From an uncultured delta proteobacterium (lineage in GTDB: Bacteria; Desulfobacterota; Binatia; UBA9968): a stretch of DNA of 64,000 bases. Position numbers and translations under genes: made by a program. The notes beneath the pieces were generated by a model. That model worked only from the letters and a program-made list of their open reading frames with translations, was not told where the DNA came from and made no database searches. Shown one piece after another: positions 1 to 9,619 of this stretch (the first letter of the stretch is position 1; every line of letters begins with the position of its first letter). The stretch covers positions 32,001 to 96,000 of the forward strand of contig CAVWLW010000001.1 in assembly GCA_963755715.1 (NCBI GenBank), given 5' to 3'.

Positions 1-2
1 AC

Positions 3-245
3 GCCAAGGAGCGCCAACATTGGGACGATTATATGGAAGCTTACGAAGACATGATCCGGAGCACCGCGACAAAAGCGGCGCCGTGGTACATCGTGCCGGC
101 GGACAACAAATGGTTTACCCGCGTCGTTGTCGCCGCCGCCGTCATCGAAGCGCTCGACTCACTCAATCTCAAATATCCGAAAGTGAGTGAAAGCAAGTTG
201 AAAGAGCTGGCAGGGGCAAAGCGGGCGTTACAGGCTGGGAAGTGA
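3..245 (+). CDS. ppk2: Polyphosphate kinase 2 family protein, C-terminal part (runs off the window start)
   Basis: ERQHWDDYMEAYEDMIRSTAT..APWYIVPADNKWFTR is the typical PPK2 C-terminal lid region. Confidence 0.9.
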   Translation, partial: AKERQHWDDYMEAYEDMIRSTATKAAPWYIVPADNKWFTRVVVAAAVIEALDSLNLKYPKVSESKLKELAGAKRALQAGK

Positions 246-336
246 GGCAAACACGTCAATTCCAAATTCGAAATCCGAAACATGAAACAAATGCAGATTT
301 TCAAAGAGCAGAAAATTCTAAATTTTGGAGAATAGG

Positions 337-423
337 ATGGCAGCGGAATTTAAAATAGAAAGCATGTGGCAGGCATTCGTGCCGACCGCGCAATGGCTGC
401 CTGAATATAAACTCGGAGCATGA
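337..423 (+). pseudogene. Orphan N-terminal fragment of a SulP-type gene
   Basis: RBS followed by MAAEFKIESMWQAFVPTAQWLPEYKLGA*. This resembles the P..WL..Y start of SulP proteins, and its stop overlaps the ATG of the full SulP gene. Confidence 0.45.
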
Positions 424-2100
424 ATCAACATCCGACAGACGCAAAGGCAAGTCAGTCCGGCGCCACCGCACTGCGCTTCGACGTGATCGCCGGCCTGACA
501 GCCGCGGCGGTTGTTCTTCCGAAGGCCATGGCCTACGCGACGGTTGCCGGCTTGCCGATTGCGGTCGGTCTCTATACCGCGTTCATCCCGATGGTGATTT
601 ACGCGCTGCTCGGCTCGTCGCGGGTGCTGAGCGTCAGCTCCACTACCACACTGGGGATCCTGGCCGGCACGCAGCTCGGTCTGGCGGTGCCGGACGGCGA
701 CCCGGCGAAGCTCGTCACGGCGACGGCCACCCTCACCGCGTTGGTCGGCGCGATGCTGCTCCTGGCGCGGCTGATGCGCCTGGGATTTGTCGCCAACTTC
801 ATTTCCACGTCGGTCCTGACAGGCTTCAAAGCGGGGATCGGTGTCGTGATCGTGCTGGACCAGATGCCGAAGCTCCTGGGAATCCACATCGCGAAGCAAG
901 GCTTTTTCCACGACCTTCTCAGCGTTGCGCAGCACGTCCCCGAGACCTCGCTATTGACGCTTGCGGTCGCTGCCGCGACGTTCGCTGGTGCTGATCGGCA
1001 TGGAGCGGCTATGGCCGCATTCTCCGGCGCCGCTGGTCGCCGTTGGCGGCGGCATCGCCGCGGCGTGGTTCTTCGGCCTGCAGGCGCTGGGAGTCTCGAC
1101 AGTCGGCCTGATCCCGCAGGGATTCCCGGCGCTCACGCTGCCGGATCTTGCGCTGGTCGAGCAGTTGGTGCCGGGGGCTCTCGGGATGGCGCTGATGAGT
1201 TTCACCGAATCGATCGCGGTGGGTCGCGCCTTTGCCCGCCCTGACGATCCACCCATCGATGCCAACCGCGAACTGGTCGCCACCGGGGCGGCCAATCTCG
1301 GCGGCGCGCTGTTCGGTGCGATGCCGGGCGGCGGCGGCGCCTCGCAAACCGCGGTCGTGCGCGCCGCGGGAGGCCGGTCGCAAAAGGCTTCGCTGGTGAC
1401 GGCGAGCGCCGCGGCGGCGACCATGCTGCTGCTGGCACCCTTGCTGGGTTTATTGCCAAACGCCACGCTGGCAGCGGTCGTCATTGTCTACTCGGTCGGG
1501 CTGATCCAGCCGGTGGAATTCCTTACCATTCGCAAAGTGCGCAGGATGGAGTTTCGCTGGGCGATCATCGCGGTGCTCGGCGTGCTGATCTTCGGCACGC
1601 TGAAGGGCATCGTGGTGGCGATCATCGTATCGCTGATTGGCCTGTCCAGCCAGGCCGCCTACCCGCGCGTGTCCGTCATCGGCCGCAAGCGCGGTGCCGA
1701 CGTGCTGCGACCGCTGTCGCCCGAGCACCCGGACGACGAGACCTTCGAGGGCCTGCTGATCGTGCGGCCGGAGGGACGGCTCTTCTTCGTCAACGCGCAG
1801 TATGTGGCGGACCAGATCGGCGCACTGGTCACGCAGCACAAGCCGCGCGTGCTGGCGTTGGACATGAGCCGGGTATTCGATATCGAATACTCGGCACTGC
1901 AAATGCTGATAGAGCGCGATAAGCGCGCGACCGAACGCGGCGCCGTTGTCTGGCTGGTGGGACTGAATCCCGGCGCGCTCGAGGTCGTGCGCAACGCCGG
2001 GCTGGACCGGCAACTCGGCCGCGAGCGCATGCTGTTCAACGCGCGCGAGGCGATCGAACGCTACCAGGCGCTGCAGGCGAAGGCGGGCGGCGCGTCCTGA
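420..2100 (+). CDS. SulP family anion permease with C-terminal STAS domain (frameshift near 985)
   Basis: DVIAGLTAAAVVLPKAMAYA, GLYTAFIP, DANRELVATGAANL, and STAS motif EGRLFFVNA..LALDMSRVFDIE. Built from two overlapping ORFs, 420-1244 and 961-2100. Confidence 0.92.
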
Positions 2101-2227
2101 GTAGAAGCGTTCCGGCGCGCGCACATGGCCGCACGCTGGCGAGGTTGAGCGAAGATTTGCAGAGCGGGGCGCTTGCGCCGGGCTGAACGAGCATGTCGTT
2201 AAAAGAAATAAACAGGAGGAAACTTTA

Positions 2228-3664
2228 ATGGCGACGGATACAAACACGACGAAAACGGTCGGTCTTCTCGTAGAGGCTTCCAAGTTGGACACGGTTTATC
2301 GGGACCTCTATCTCAAGCGAGCGCGCCAATTGCTAAGCGCTATCTTGGATGAATCGGCCTATCGGGCCATGGGGTCAGCAGAAAACGAGATCGAAGATCT
2401 GATGCGACGCAGCCGATCGGCGGTGCTGCAGCGAGACTGGGGCCAAGTGGCCGAGCTGTCAGCGAAGGCCGATGGGCTGCGCCAACGGAAAGCGGCCATG
2501 GGCAAGCTGACCGATATCGGAAAAGAGTTATACGAGGGGGACACGGTTGTGTTTGATCCTTTTTCCCCTGGAAAGCACTTGGGGCAACAGTCGGAAGCAA
2601 AGCAACCGGCCTTACGCACAGAGTTGGTGAATACCCTTGCGTCGCTCGGTAAACTAGACCCCAGCCTCAGCGCGTTTTGCGAGAAGCGGCGCGGCTATTT
2701 TTCCGGGTTGGAAATGGCAAGCCCGGGAGCTTCGCAAAAAAAAGGCGCTCAACGGAACCGAGCGCAAGTCGAGCAACTCGCGCTCGAAGCCGCGGAGCGC
2801 GGCGATAATGCAGCGTTGCAAAAGCTCGCTAAAGAATTGCAGCAGTGGAAGATGGAAAGTGCTACGACGACGGCGGGATCCGTCGACGCGTCGGCTGTTA
2901 TAAGCCGCTACCAGTGCCCGGTTAACTTGGACGTCCCGTTCCTCCCGGCTGTGATCGAACGCGCTCGGGATCTTGGTCTGGTCGAAGCCCGCACCGCGCC
3001 TTTGGCCGAATTAGCTAAGGTCCGTGAGGTTATCTACGCGCATGTCGCCCAGCCGGTCCCATCCAACCCGGACATGGAAAAAGAGGGCGTGCTGCGCGCC
3101 CGGGCGCAGGCTGAGCTGGACCTGCCGACGGAATTCGACACCGAAGAACCGCGAACTCTCGCGAGCCAGTTCATCCAACAGATCTTTGTTAATTCCGCCG
3201 GAGCGCGCTACCTTCCTCCGCTCGCTACGGAGACGGCTCTGATTGAGGACTTCGCCGAGAACGAATCCGCCGAGGCGCCGTCAAAGCTACTTCAGGCGTT
3301 AGGGCTCGCTAAGCACAGTGGCCTAGCGCGCACAGAGATCGAGGCGGCGCTCGCGCGTTTCGGGCCGCAGATTTTAGAGGAGCGGCTGGGTCTGGACCCC
3401 ATCGAGTTTCGGCTTGTCTGCATTCCCCATGATTTGTACACGCGTTTCGGCCGTGACCGGGGCTTCGGACAATGGCACCACTGGACTCATTTCGACGGCT
3501 ATCAGGTCATGGGCGGCAACCGGTTGCGCGCGCTCGTCGGCGGGGACGGGCGGTTTGGCGGACTAGCCGATCTCGTCAGCATCAGCCCAAGCGACGCGCG
3601 CGAGAGTGTTTACGCGCGATTCGCGGTGGTGCGGCGCGCGCGCATGGCTGCACGATGGCGATGA
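2228..3664 (+). CDS. Hypothetical protein, 478 aa
   Basis: Long ORF with strong RBS (aggagga); no family recognised. Confidence 0.75.
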   Translation: MATDTNTTKTVGLLVEASKLDTVYRDLYLKRARQLLSAILDESAYRAMGSAENEIEDLMRRSRSAVLQRDWGQVAELSAKADGLRQRKAAMGKLTDIGKELYEGDTVVFDPFSPGKHLGQQSEAKQPALRTELVNTLASLGKLDPSLSAFCEKRRGYFSGLEMASPGASQKKGAQRNRAQVEQLALEAAERGDNAALQKLAKELQQWKMESATTTAGSVDASAVISRYQCPVNLDVPFLPAVIERARDLGLVEARTAPLAELAKVREVIYAHVAQPVPSNPDMEKEGVLRARAQAELDLPTEFDTEEPRTLASQFIQQIFVNSAGARYLPPLATETALIEDFAENESAEAPSKLLQALGLAKHSGLARTEIEAALARFGPQILEERLGLDPIEFRLVCIPHDLYTRFGRDRGFGQWHHWTHFDGYQVMGGNRLRALVGGDGRFGGLADLVSISPSDARESVYARFAVVRRARMAARWR

Positions 3665-3968
3665 TGGAGCTCATTGCTCAATCCTGGCAGCAGTCGAAGG
3701 ACAAAGTTCGCCGAGTGCGAAATGACAACAATCCGGCAGATCAAAGCCAGAGAATGACGGTCTGAATCAAGGTGGCAATGAGTCTGTAGGCCGCGTTGCT
3801 CGCTTTCATCACGCCCTTCGCCGTTCCGGCGGTCTGAGCGCAAGTGAACAGCAAGCTGCCGCAACAAAAGGAGGGAGCGCCATGTGAAAATGAAATTGGA
3901 CTGTGAATGGGTGCTTTAGGTTGGTTGGGTTTTAGAATAAACGTCAGAAAAAATAAGGAGGAATTTAT

Positions 3969-4412
3969 ATGTCAAAGGTTCTAACAGTTTCCCGGCTCGC
4001 TCTATTCTTTATGGTCATCGCGCTAGCAAGCAACGCCGTCGCCGCGGAAAAGGCGACGCCTTCGGGGAAGCTAACGATGGAGAGTAAGTCGATTGCTGCC
4101 GGCATTGGAATCACCTGGGGCGACGGAAAACTGAATTTCAAAGGGAAGGAATACCCGTTCTCCATCGACGGTTTGACGCTGGTAGATTTCGGCATCAGCA
4201 AAGCGAGCGCAACTGGGGACGTATACAATTTGACCGACAGCGCGAAGTTGGCGGGAACCTACGTGGCGGCTGAAGCCGGGATTACCCTGGCCGGAGGCGT
4301 GGGCGGTATGGTGCTAAGGAATCAGGATGGGGTGATTATTCACATTCGTTCGACTTCTACGGGCGCCAAGCTCCAACTCGGCCCCAGTGGACTGACGATC
4401 AAGATGAAGTAA
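3969..4412 (+). CDS. Exported DUF1134/EipA-like protein
   Basis: Signal peptide; GIGITWGDGKL..KEYPFSIDGL, GTYVAAEAG, LRNQDGVIIH pattern. Confidence 0.7.
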   Translation: MSKVLTVSRLALFFMVIALASNAVAAEKATPSGKLTMESKSIAAGIGITWGDGKLNFKGKEYPFSIDGLTLVDFGISKASATGDVYNLTDSAKLAGTYVAAEAGITLAGGVGGMVLRNQDGVIIHIRSTSTGAKLQLGPSGLTIKMK

Positions 4413-4422
4413 AAAGAAGTGA

Positions 4423-4500
4423 TGAGTGTCGAGGGAAAATGCGGTGTCGAGCGGCGGTTGATGAGTGGTCTTCCCCTCGACACCCGGCCCTCGACACTCA
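4423..4500. repeat. Inverted-repeat hairpin built of GTGTCGAG units
   Basis: tgagtgtcgaggg (4423-4435) is the perfect reverse complement of ccctcgacactca (4488-4500); inner pair ggtgtcgag/ctcgacacc. Confidence 0.85.
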
Positions 4501-4510
4501 CGGATTTTTC

Positions 4511-4582
4511 CTACAGGAGACAACGGAGAGAACGGAGATGAAGTTAAAAAGAAACTCCGTTTTCTCTGTTAGCTCCTGGTAG
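4511..4582. repeat. Hairpin of 9-nt-period AACGGAGAG units
   Basis: ctacaggag-caacggagag-aacggag ... ctccgttttctctgtt-agctcctggtag; related copy at about 7463-7535. Confidence 0.75.
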
Positions 4583-4743
4583 ACCCAAAAACTGACCTCT
4601 TCGATCAGGCGTTGGTAGACCTGCGCTAGAGCATGAATCGAGATATTCAAGCGCGCATGTGGCTGAATGCGCAAGAGGTTGTGGTCCTACAACGTTTCTT
4701 TGCAGTCTCTCTTCGATAAGGCCGACCACGGGAGAACAGCATA

Positions 4744-5115
4744 ATGAAAGCAAAAGTTTTCATAGTCATAGCGATAGCCCGTTTTGCAATAGCCGTCGTA
4801 GCAGTGCCGATTATCGTCACGGGCTGTGCCGTCTATGAGCCCGTCCCTGCTTACGCGCCTCCTGCTAACAGCTTTGAGCGGTCGTGGACCGCTGCCGTAG
4901 GAGCGGCGCAAGATGTTGGTATTCGCATCGCGTCTGAAGATCGGGCGCGGGGAGTTATCACCGGCGCCAACGATAGCCGCGATGTAACGATCACTGTCGT
5001 GACCCAGGCGGACGGAAGAGTTCGCGTGGAGATCTCAGCGCGCGGGCCTCAAGGTGGGGATGCGAATTTGGCCAACGATATCTCGCGCGCTTACGACCGG
5101 CGCATGGGACGATGA
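4744..5115 (+). CDS. Lipoprotein, paralog of 9194-9577
   Basis: Lipobox VTGC; C-terminus ISRAYDRRMGR shared with the paralog. Confidence 0.75.
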   Translation: MKAKVFIVIAIARFAIAVVAVPIIVTGCAVYEPVPAYAPPANSFERSWTAAVGAAQDVGIRIASEDRARGVITGANDSRDVTITVVTQADGRVRVEISARGPQGGDANLANDISRAYDRRMGR

Positions 5116-5262
5116 GCGAGGGTTAGCACGCGGAATTCGGAAACGAGCACATGCTCCGTTTCATCCGGCCCCGCCATAAGGCCGGCGTGTCATTTCAAAG
5201 GATCGGGTTCGGTAGTTTCTTTTTGGTATGGATGAAACCTATAAAGTAGAAATACAATTTTT

Positions 5263-5538
5263 ATGACGAAACTTTTTGACACGCTTCGGCAGTTCCCGCT
5301 GGCGTTTGGGATCTTGTTTTGGCTCAGTAGCGCAGCGGCTGCGCACTCCGGAATCACCGATGGCTATGGATGCCATCGCGGTCCGGACAAAGTCAGCTAT
5401 CACTGTCACCAGGGGCAGTTCGCTGGCCGGACGTTTAAATCGAAAGAGGAGTTTCTGCGCCAGTTGCGCGGCGGTAAATCCGAACAATTGTCGCCGAAAA
5501 ACAACCCGCCTCTGGTGGAGAAGAAAAGTGAGAAGTAG
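5263..5538 (+). CDS. YHYH-domain small exported protein
   Basis: Signal peptide then HSGITDGYGCHRGPDKVSYHCH. Confidence 0.75.
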   Translation: MTKLFDTLRQFPLAFGILFWLSSAAAAHSGITDGYGCHRGPDKVSYHCHQGQFAGRTFKSKEEFLRQLRGGKSEQLSPKNNPPLVEKKSEK

Positions 5539-5619
5539 ATTTTAGCTCACGGGCTTGCGCAGAAACCTTATCCAGAGTTGCGAACCACAAACGCTAATAG
5601 CGAAAAATCCGCCGTTGAC

Positions 5620-5800
5620 CAAGACGATCCGCACTGGCGCGATTTGATCCTCTTCCATGAATACTTCCACGGTGATAACGGCGCCGGGCTCGGCGCCAGC
5701 CACCAGACGGGGTGGACGGGCCTGGTCGCGCGCCTGCTCGACTTGTTCGGGCGTGTCGACACCAAAGACCTGGAGCTGGAAATCGAGCAAGTTGCTCCTA
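5620..5800 (+). pseudogene. C-terminal remnant of a GH63/MGH1-like glucosidase
   Basis: [38 protein letters not shown] is the conserved C-terminus of these large enzymes; the rest of the gene is absent. Confidence 0.8.
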
Positions 5801-6000
5801 GGCCTGGCTCATCAGGGAGCAGGTGGGCGGAGAAAAGACGGCCGGGAAGTGAAGAAGCGGGCGCAATGCGCGATCCATTAAATCCTGTTCGTATTGCCGA
5901 TCGACATTCGTGCTTATTATACTCGTCTCCGCAATTTCATGTCCGGCGAAGCCTGGAAGCACAAGGTAATTAAATAGCCACTATAAAGGAAGTTGCCGAT

Positions 6001-6396
6001 GTGAATATGAATTGCTCCAATAAAATGACGCTCGGTGTTCTCTTGCTGAGCCTTCTTACACTTTATGGCTGTGAGGACCTGGTTATACGCGACACGTCGA
6101 GCCTGTTCATCCCCAGGTTTCAACGGTCCGAGATCCTTGGCTTTGTGGCGGGATTTGGAACGACCTTTGCCGCCGTGCCAGACTTAGTCGCAATGCTCAA
6201 GCGGCGGTCAAGCGCGGGGATGAACCCGAGGATGGCGGGCATCATCGGTGTCTTTCAAATAGCCTGGGTCTACTACGGCTTGTTGATTGCTTCACGGCCG
6301 GTGATCCTATGGAACCTTATGGGGATAGTCATCAATTTCGTGAGCGTCGGCGCGTACCTATATTTCCGCAAAGCCAAGCAGTACGCAGTGAAGTGA
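6001..6396 (+). CDS. SemiSWEET/PQ-loop family membrane protein with N-terminal extension
   Basis: EILGFVAGFGTTFAAVP..K.RSS.G..WVYYGLLI.SRPVILWN. Confidence 0.75.
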   Translation: MNMNCSNKMTLGVLLLSLLTLYGCEDLVIRDTSSLFIPRFQRSEILGFVAGFGTTFAAVPDLVAMLKRRSSAGMNPRMAGIIGVFQIAWVYYGLLIASRPVILWNLMGIVINFVSVGAYLYFRKAKQYAVK

Positions 6397-7075
6397 TCGC
6401 GCCGACCGGCCGAGCGATGGAAGTTATTCTCAGATCGCGCAAGACATCAAGAACGTGGCAGGGAAGGAGGACATTGATACTGAACTGATGCAGCTGGTTC
6501 TGGCCATCTTGAACTCGGCCGATAATCTCAAGACCAACGGCCATCTCAAGTGGAAGAGCTCCATCATTCAAACTGTTGTGTCTACCGCGGTTATGAGCCG
6601 ACCAATCAAGTTATCCAGACTTTCAATTTTCTCGACAGCCGGGGATACAAAATAACCCGGAAGTAAAGGCGCGTACGGTGCTCCGCTTCGTTCTCTCTGC
6701 AGCATCGAGGTGGCCCGGTCATGACCGTCAGATGATCTTGGCGAAATCGGAGTGTTAAATTCCCTATTCCAAAATTCCATTCTCTAATAAATGTTGTGGT
6801 TTAGCATGATCAAGCTGTTGTAGCTTTTGGGGATCCTTTGATTGGGGCTTTGCTGCGCAAGGTCTCCGTGGTGAATCCTCCTTCAGGGAAATTCAGAACA
6901 AACGAAATGCGGATCTTGAATTTCTCCTTTAGAACGTGCGTACTCCTATTGGACCAAGGTCCAATGGTGCGGCTTCCGTTTTTAATGGTACATCTCCAGA
7001 AAATTCAAATAGAAGGAACTTCTAATACGCGTATTTTAGACTCGGTTTGCTCCAGTTAACGAAAGCAGCTAAGCG

Positions 7076-7465
7076 ATGCGCATTTTAATTGAGCTTGCAG
7101 CTCAGGCGATCGAAATGTTTGCGGTTGCGATCATTGTGATTGCCATCGTGCATGGAACGATACGCTATCTCATTCGCATCAACCAACAGGTGAGTGACGC
7201 CTATCAGCAACTTAAGGCTCAGCTTGGCAAGGCGCTGCTTTTAGGGCTCGAATTTCTTGTGGCGGCGGACATCATCAGGACTGTGGCGCTCGAACCGAAC
7301 ATGCAGAACGTAATGATTTTAGGCTTGCTCGTGATCATTCGAACATTTCTCAGTTGGTCATTAGTCGTGGAAATCGAAGGGCACTGGCCGTGGCGAAAGG
7401 CCGAGGCAAAGAGTGTCGAGGGTCGGGCGTCGAGGGATGCGGGTGAAAATCGAGGGACGAGTTAA
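7076..7465 (+). CDS. DUF1622 membrane protein
   Basis: LGKALLLGLEFLVAADIIRTV..LVIIRTFLSWSL.VEIEG.WPW signature. Confidence 0.9.
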   Translation: MRILIELAAQAIEMFAVAIIVIAIVHGTIRYLIRINQQVSDAYQQLKAQLGKALLLGLEFLVAADIIRTVALEPNMQNVMILGLLVIIRTFLSWSLVVEIEGHWPWRKAEAKSVEGRASRDAGENRGTS

Positions 7466-7625
7466 CAGGAGCAAACACAGGCAATGGAGCATTTTGTTTT
7501 TGATCACTCTGTTTTCTCTGTCGTCTGCTGTGCAAAATGACAGTCGTTCTTCGAGGTCGAATTTCGCGATTCCGATTTCTGATTTTGCTTGAGCAGTTGG
7601 CTTCAAGGAAGGAGTAAGCCTTGAG

Positions 7626-8015
7626 ATGACAAATGAAGTAACGAAGCTCGATACCTCGACAAGACTTGCTTACGCGCGCACGTTCCTTGCCCACGAACGG
7701 ACTTTGATGGCGTGGGTTAGAACGTCGTCGTCGCTGATCACCTTCGGCTTTTCGATCTACAAATTTTTCCAACTAGAGCGGGGCGCGGGGAACGAGTTTC
7801 CGACGACTCAGGTCGTTGGACCGCGCCAGTTTTCGATGATTTTGATCATCATCGGAGTCGTGTCGCTCGTGCTGGCGACGATCCAGCACCGGCATCAACT
7901 GAAGATCCTCAAGATCGAATACGAAAATATCCCGATGTCGACGGCAGGGATAGTTGCCGGAGTGGTTTCCGTTCTCGGTCTCGGGGCCATCCTCGCGGTT
8001 ATCTTCCGTTTGTAA
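7626..8015 (+). CDS. DUF202/YidH family membrane protein
   Basis: RTFLAHERTLMAWVRTSSSLITFGFSI. Confidence 0.9.
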   Translation: MTNEVTKLDTSTRLAYARTFLAHERTLMAWVRTSSSLITFGFSIYKFFQLERGAGNEFPTTQVVGPRQFSMILIIIGVVSLVLATIQHRHQLKILKIEYENIPMSTAGIVAGVVSVLGLGAILAVIFRL

Positions 8016-8027
8016 GCGTCACGGGGG

Positions 8028-8210
8028 AGAGTGTCGAGGGACGAATGTCGAGTGAAAAACAAGGGACATGAATCAAAAAGATGAATGGTCGCCATTCTCT
8101 TCCCTAGACGCCCGACACTCGGTAGTTCCTCATAGGAGCGTCGAGGCATGAGAGCAAGATGTTTTCCAATCACTCGACCGCGGCACCTCGACACTCGTCC
8201 CCACGACCCT
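8028..8210. repeat. Degenerate GTGTCGAG-family repeat hairpins
   Basis: agagtgtcgagggacgaatgtcgag ... cccgacactcg; gcgtcgagg ... cctcgacactcgtccccacgaccc. Confidence 0.65.
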
Positions 8211-8228
8211 TGCGGCGCAATTGTCCGA

Positions 8229-8725
8229 TGCAAAACAAGGCTAACAGCGGCAGTGCGCCCATGCGGCTACGGCTGATCGAATGCGGATCGTTGGTCGTTT
8301 TGTTGTTATGGGCGTTTGCCATTTTCGCATTTAGCGCGGAGAAGCCTGCCGCCGCAGCTTTACCGGCGCCAGCGCAAAAAAGCGCGGCGGCGCCGGTGCC
8401 CATTGAGACGACCGATGTGATCCCGCGCAGTGTGCGGGCCTTGGACCAGTTGCGGGAAATTCGCGAAAAGCTCGATGCCGACAACAGCGTCAGCGTAGTC
8501 GAGGCCGGACTTCCCGCATTCACGCAGCAATTGGATGAATGGTGGAAGGTGGAAGCAGCGACGATCAAGCAATTGCGTTCCGTGCAACGGATCAACGATG
8601 TCTTATGGCAATGGCGCTTGTACGAAGACCAGGTCGCTGCCTGGAACGGCTTGCTGGCGACCAGCTCCAAGGAGTGGAGCGCGGAGGAGAGCGTCTCTGG
8701 TGTCAAAAGATGTAGGACAAATTAG
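8229..8725 (+). pseudogene. Truncated N-terminal periplasmic helical region, probably of a large MscS/MscK-type channel
   Basis: Signal peptide, Ala/Pro linker and amphipathic helices; the frame ends abruptly at about 8695 in unrelated sequence. Confidence 0.4.
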
Positions 8726-9193
8726 AGGCGGGGAGGGTCATCTTGTTGAGAAGTGAAAATTTAGTGGCGCAGGTGCTTGAGTTGTCGCGTTAGAGTGCTC
8801 TCAACCTGACCCATAGCTCGATAGCCGGTCGCGCAAGTTTGATCCCCCGTCTTTCCGCAGTTCGGCAATTGTCCCTCGAATCGAAGTAAAATTGCTATTT
8901 GTTTACGGATGTGTCTCAGTGGTCTGTGTATACCAGCTCAAGATCTTGTCGGATCGGCTAAGGAACCGGCAGCTCGCAGAACTTGCACTCCTCAACCGGA
9001 ACCTTGGCGCTCGGCACGCGCGGAATCCATATGGTGTTTCTCGCCAGGAAATGCGAACTGGCTCGCCAATTGCCGGCCAGCTTGAAACCTTTTCAAATGA
9101 TCGAGAAAAGCGCAAAGTCGTACATGAAGAGGTTTCGCGCCGCAGGCTGTGAATTTCGAATTTTAATCGGCGATTGACTGTAAGGTATCACAA

Positions 9194-9577
9194 GTGAATA
9201 TTGCATCGAACCAGGCGACTCGCTGGCGGAGCCGTGATAGGATCCGGGCGGCGATACTTTTCGCAGTAGCGCTTTGGCAGGTCTCGGGCTGCGCTAGCGA
9301 GCCGGTTCCGCCCTACACACCGCCACCGAATACTTTCGATCGCGCTTGGAGCGCGGCGATCGGGGCGGCGCGGGACGAGGGTGTGCAGATTCTTTCTGAA
9401 GACCGCGCGAGTGGAACGATCATTGGCAGCAGAGGCGAGCAGGAAGTCACCATCAACATTCGCAGCCAGGCGGACGGCAGTGTTCGCATGGAATTTAGCG
9501 CGCGCGGCCCAAAGGGCGCAGACCCCGGGTTAGCCGGTCGAATCTCTCGTGCCTACGACAGGAGGATGGGGCGATAG
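9194..9577 (+). CDS. Lipoprotein, paralog of 4744-5115
   Basis: Lipobox VSGC; alignable to the paralog over the whole mature length. Confidence 0.75.
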   Translation: MNIASNQATRWRSRDRIRAAILFAVALWQVSGCASEPVPPYTPPPNTFDRAWSAAIGAARDEGVQILSEDRASGTIIGSRGEQEVTINIRSQADGSVRMEFSARGPKGADPGLAGRISRAYDRRMGR

Positions 9578-9619
9578 AAAGGAGATATCCGCCAGTCGAG
9601 TAATTGGCGAGGATCAATC

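Noticed and set aside
6400-7060. Short ORFs 6455-6655, 6568-6780 and 6838-7059
   Set aside because: No convincing RBS or family motif; may be degraded remnants but cannot be supported
4423-8210. CRISPR array suggested by recurring gtgtcgag repeats
   Set aside because: Units are short, degenerate and in inverted orientation, with no regular unique spacers and no cas genes
8892-9177. Short ORFs on both strands
   Set aside because: No recognisable protein features
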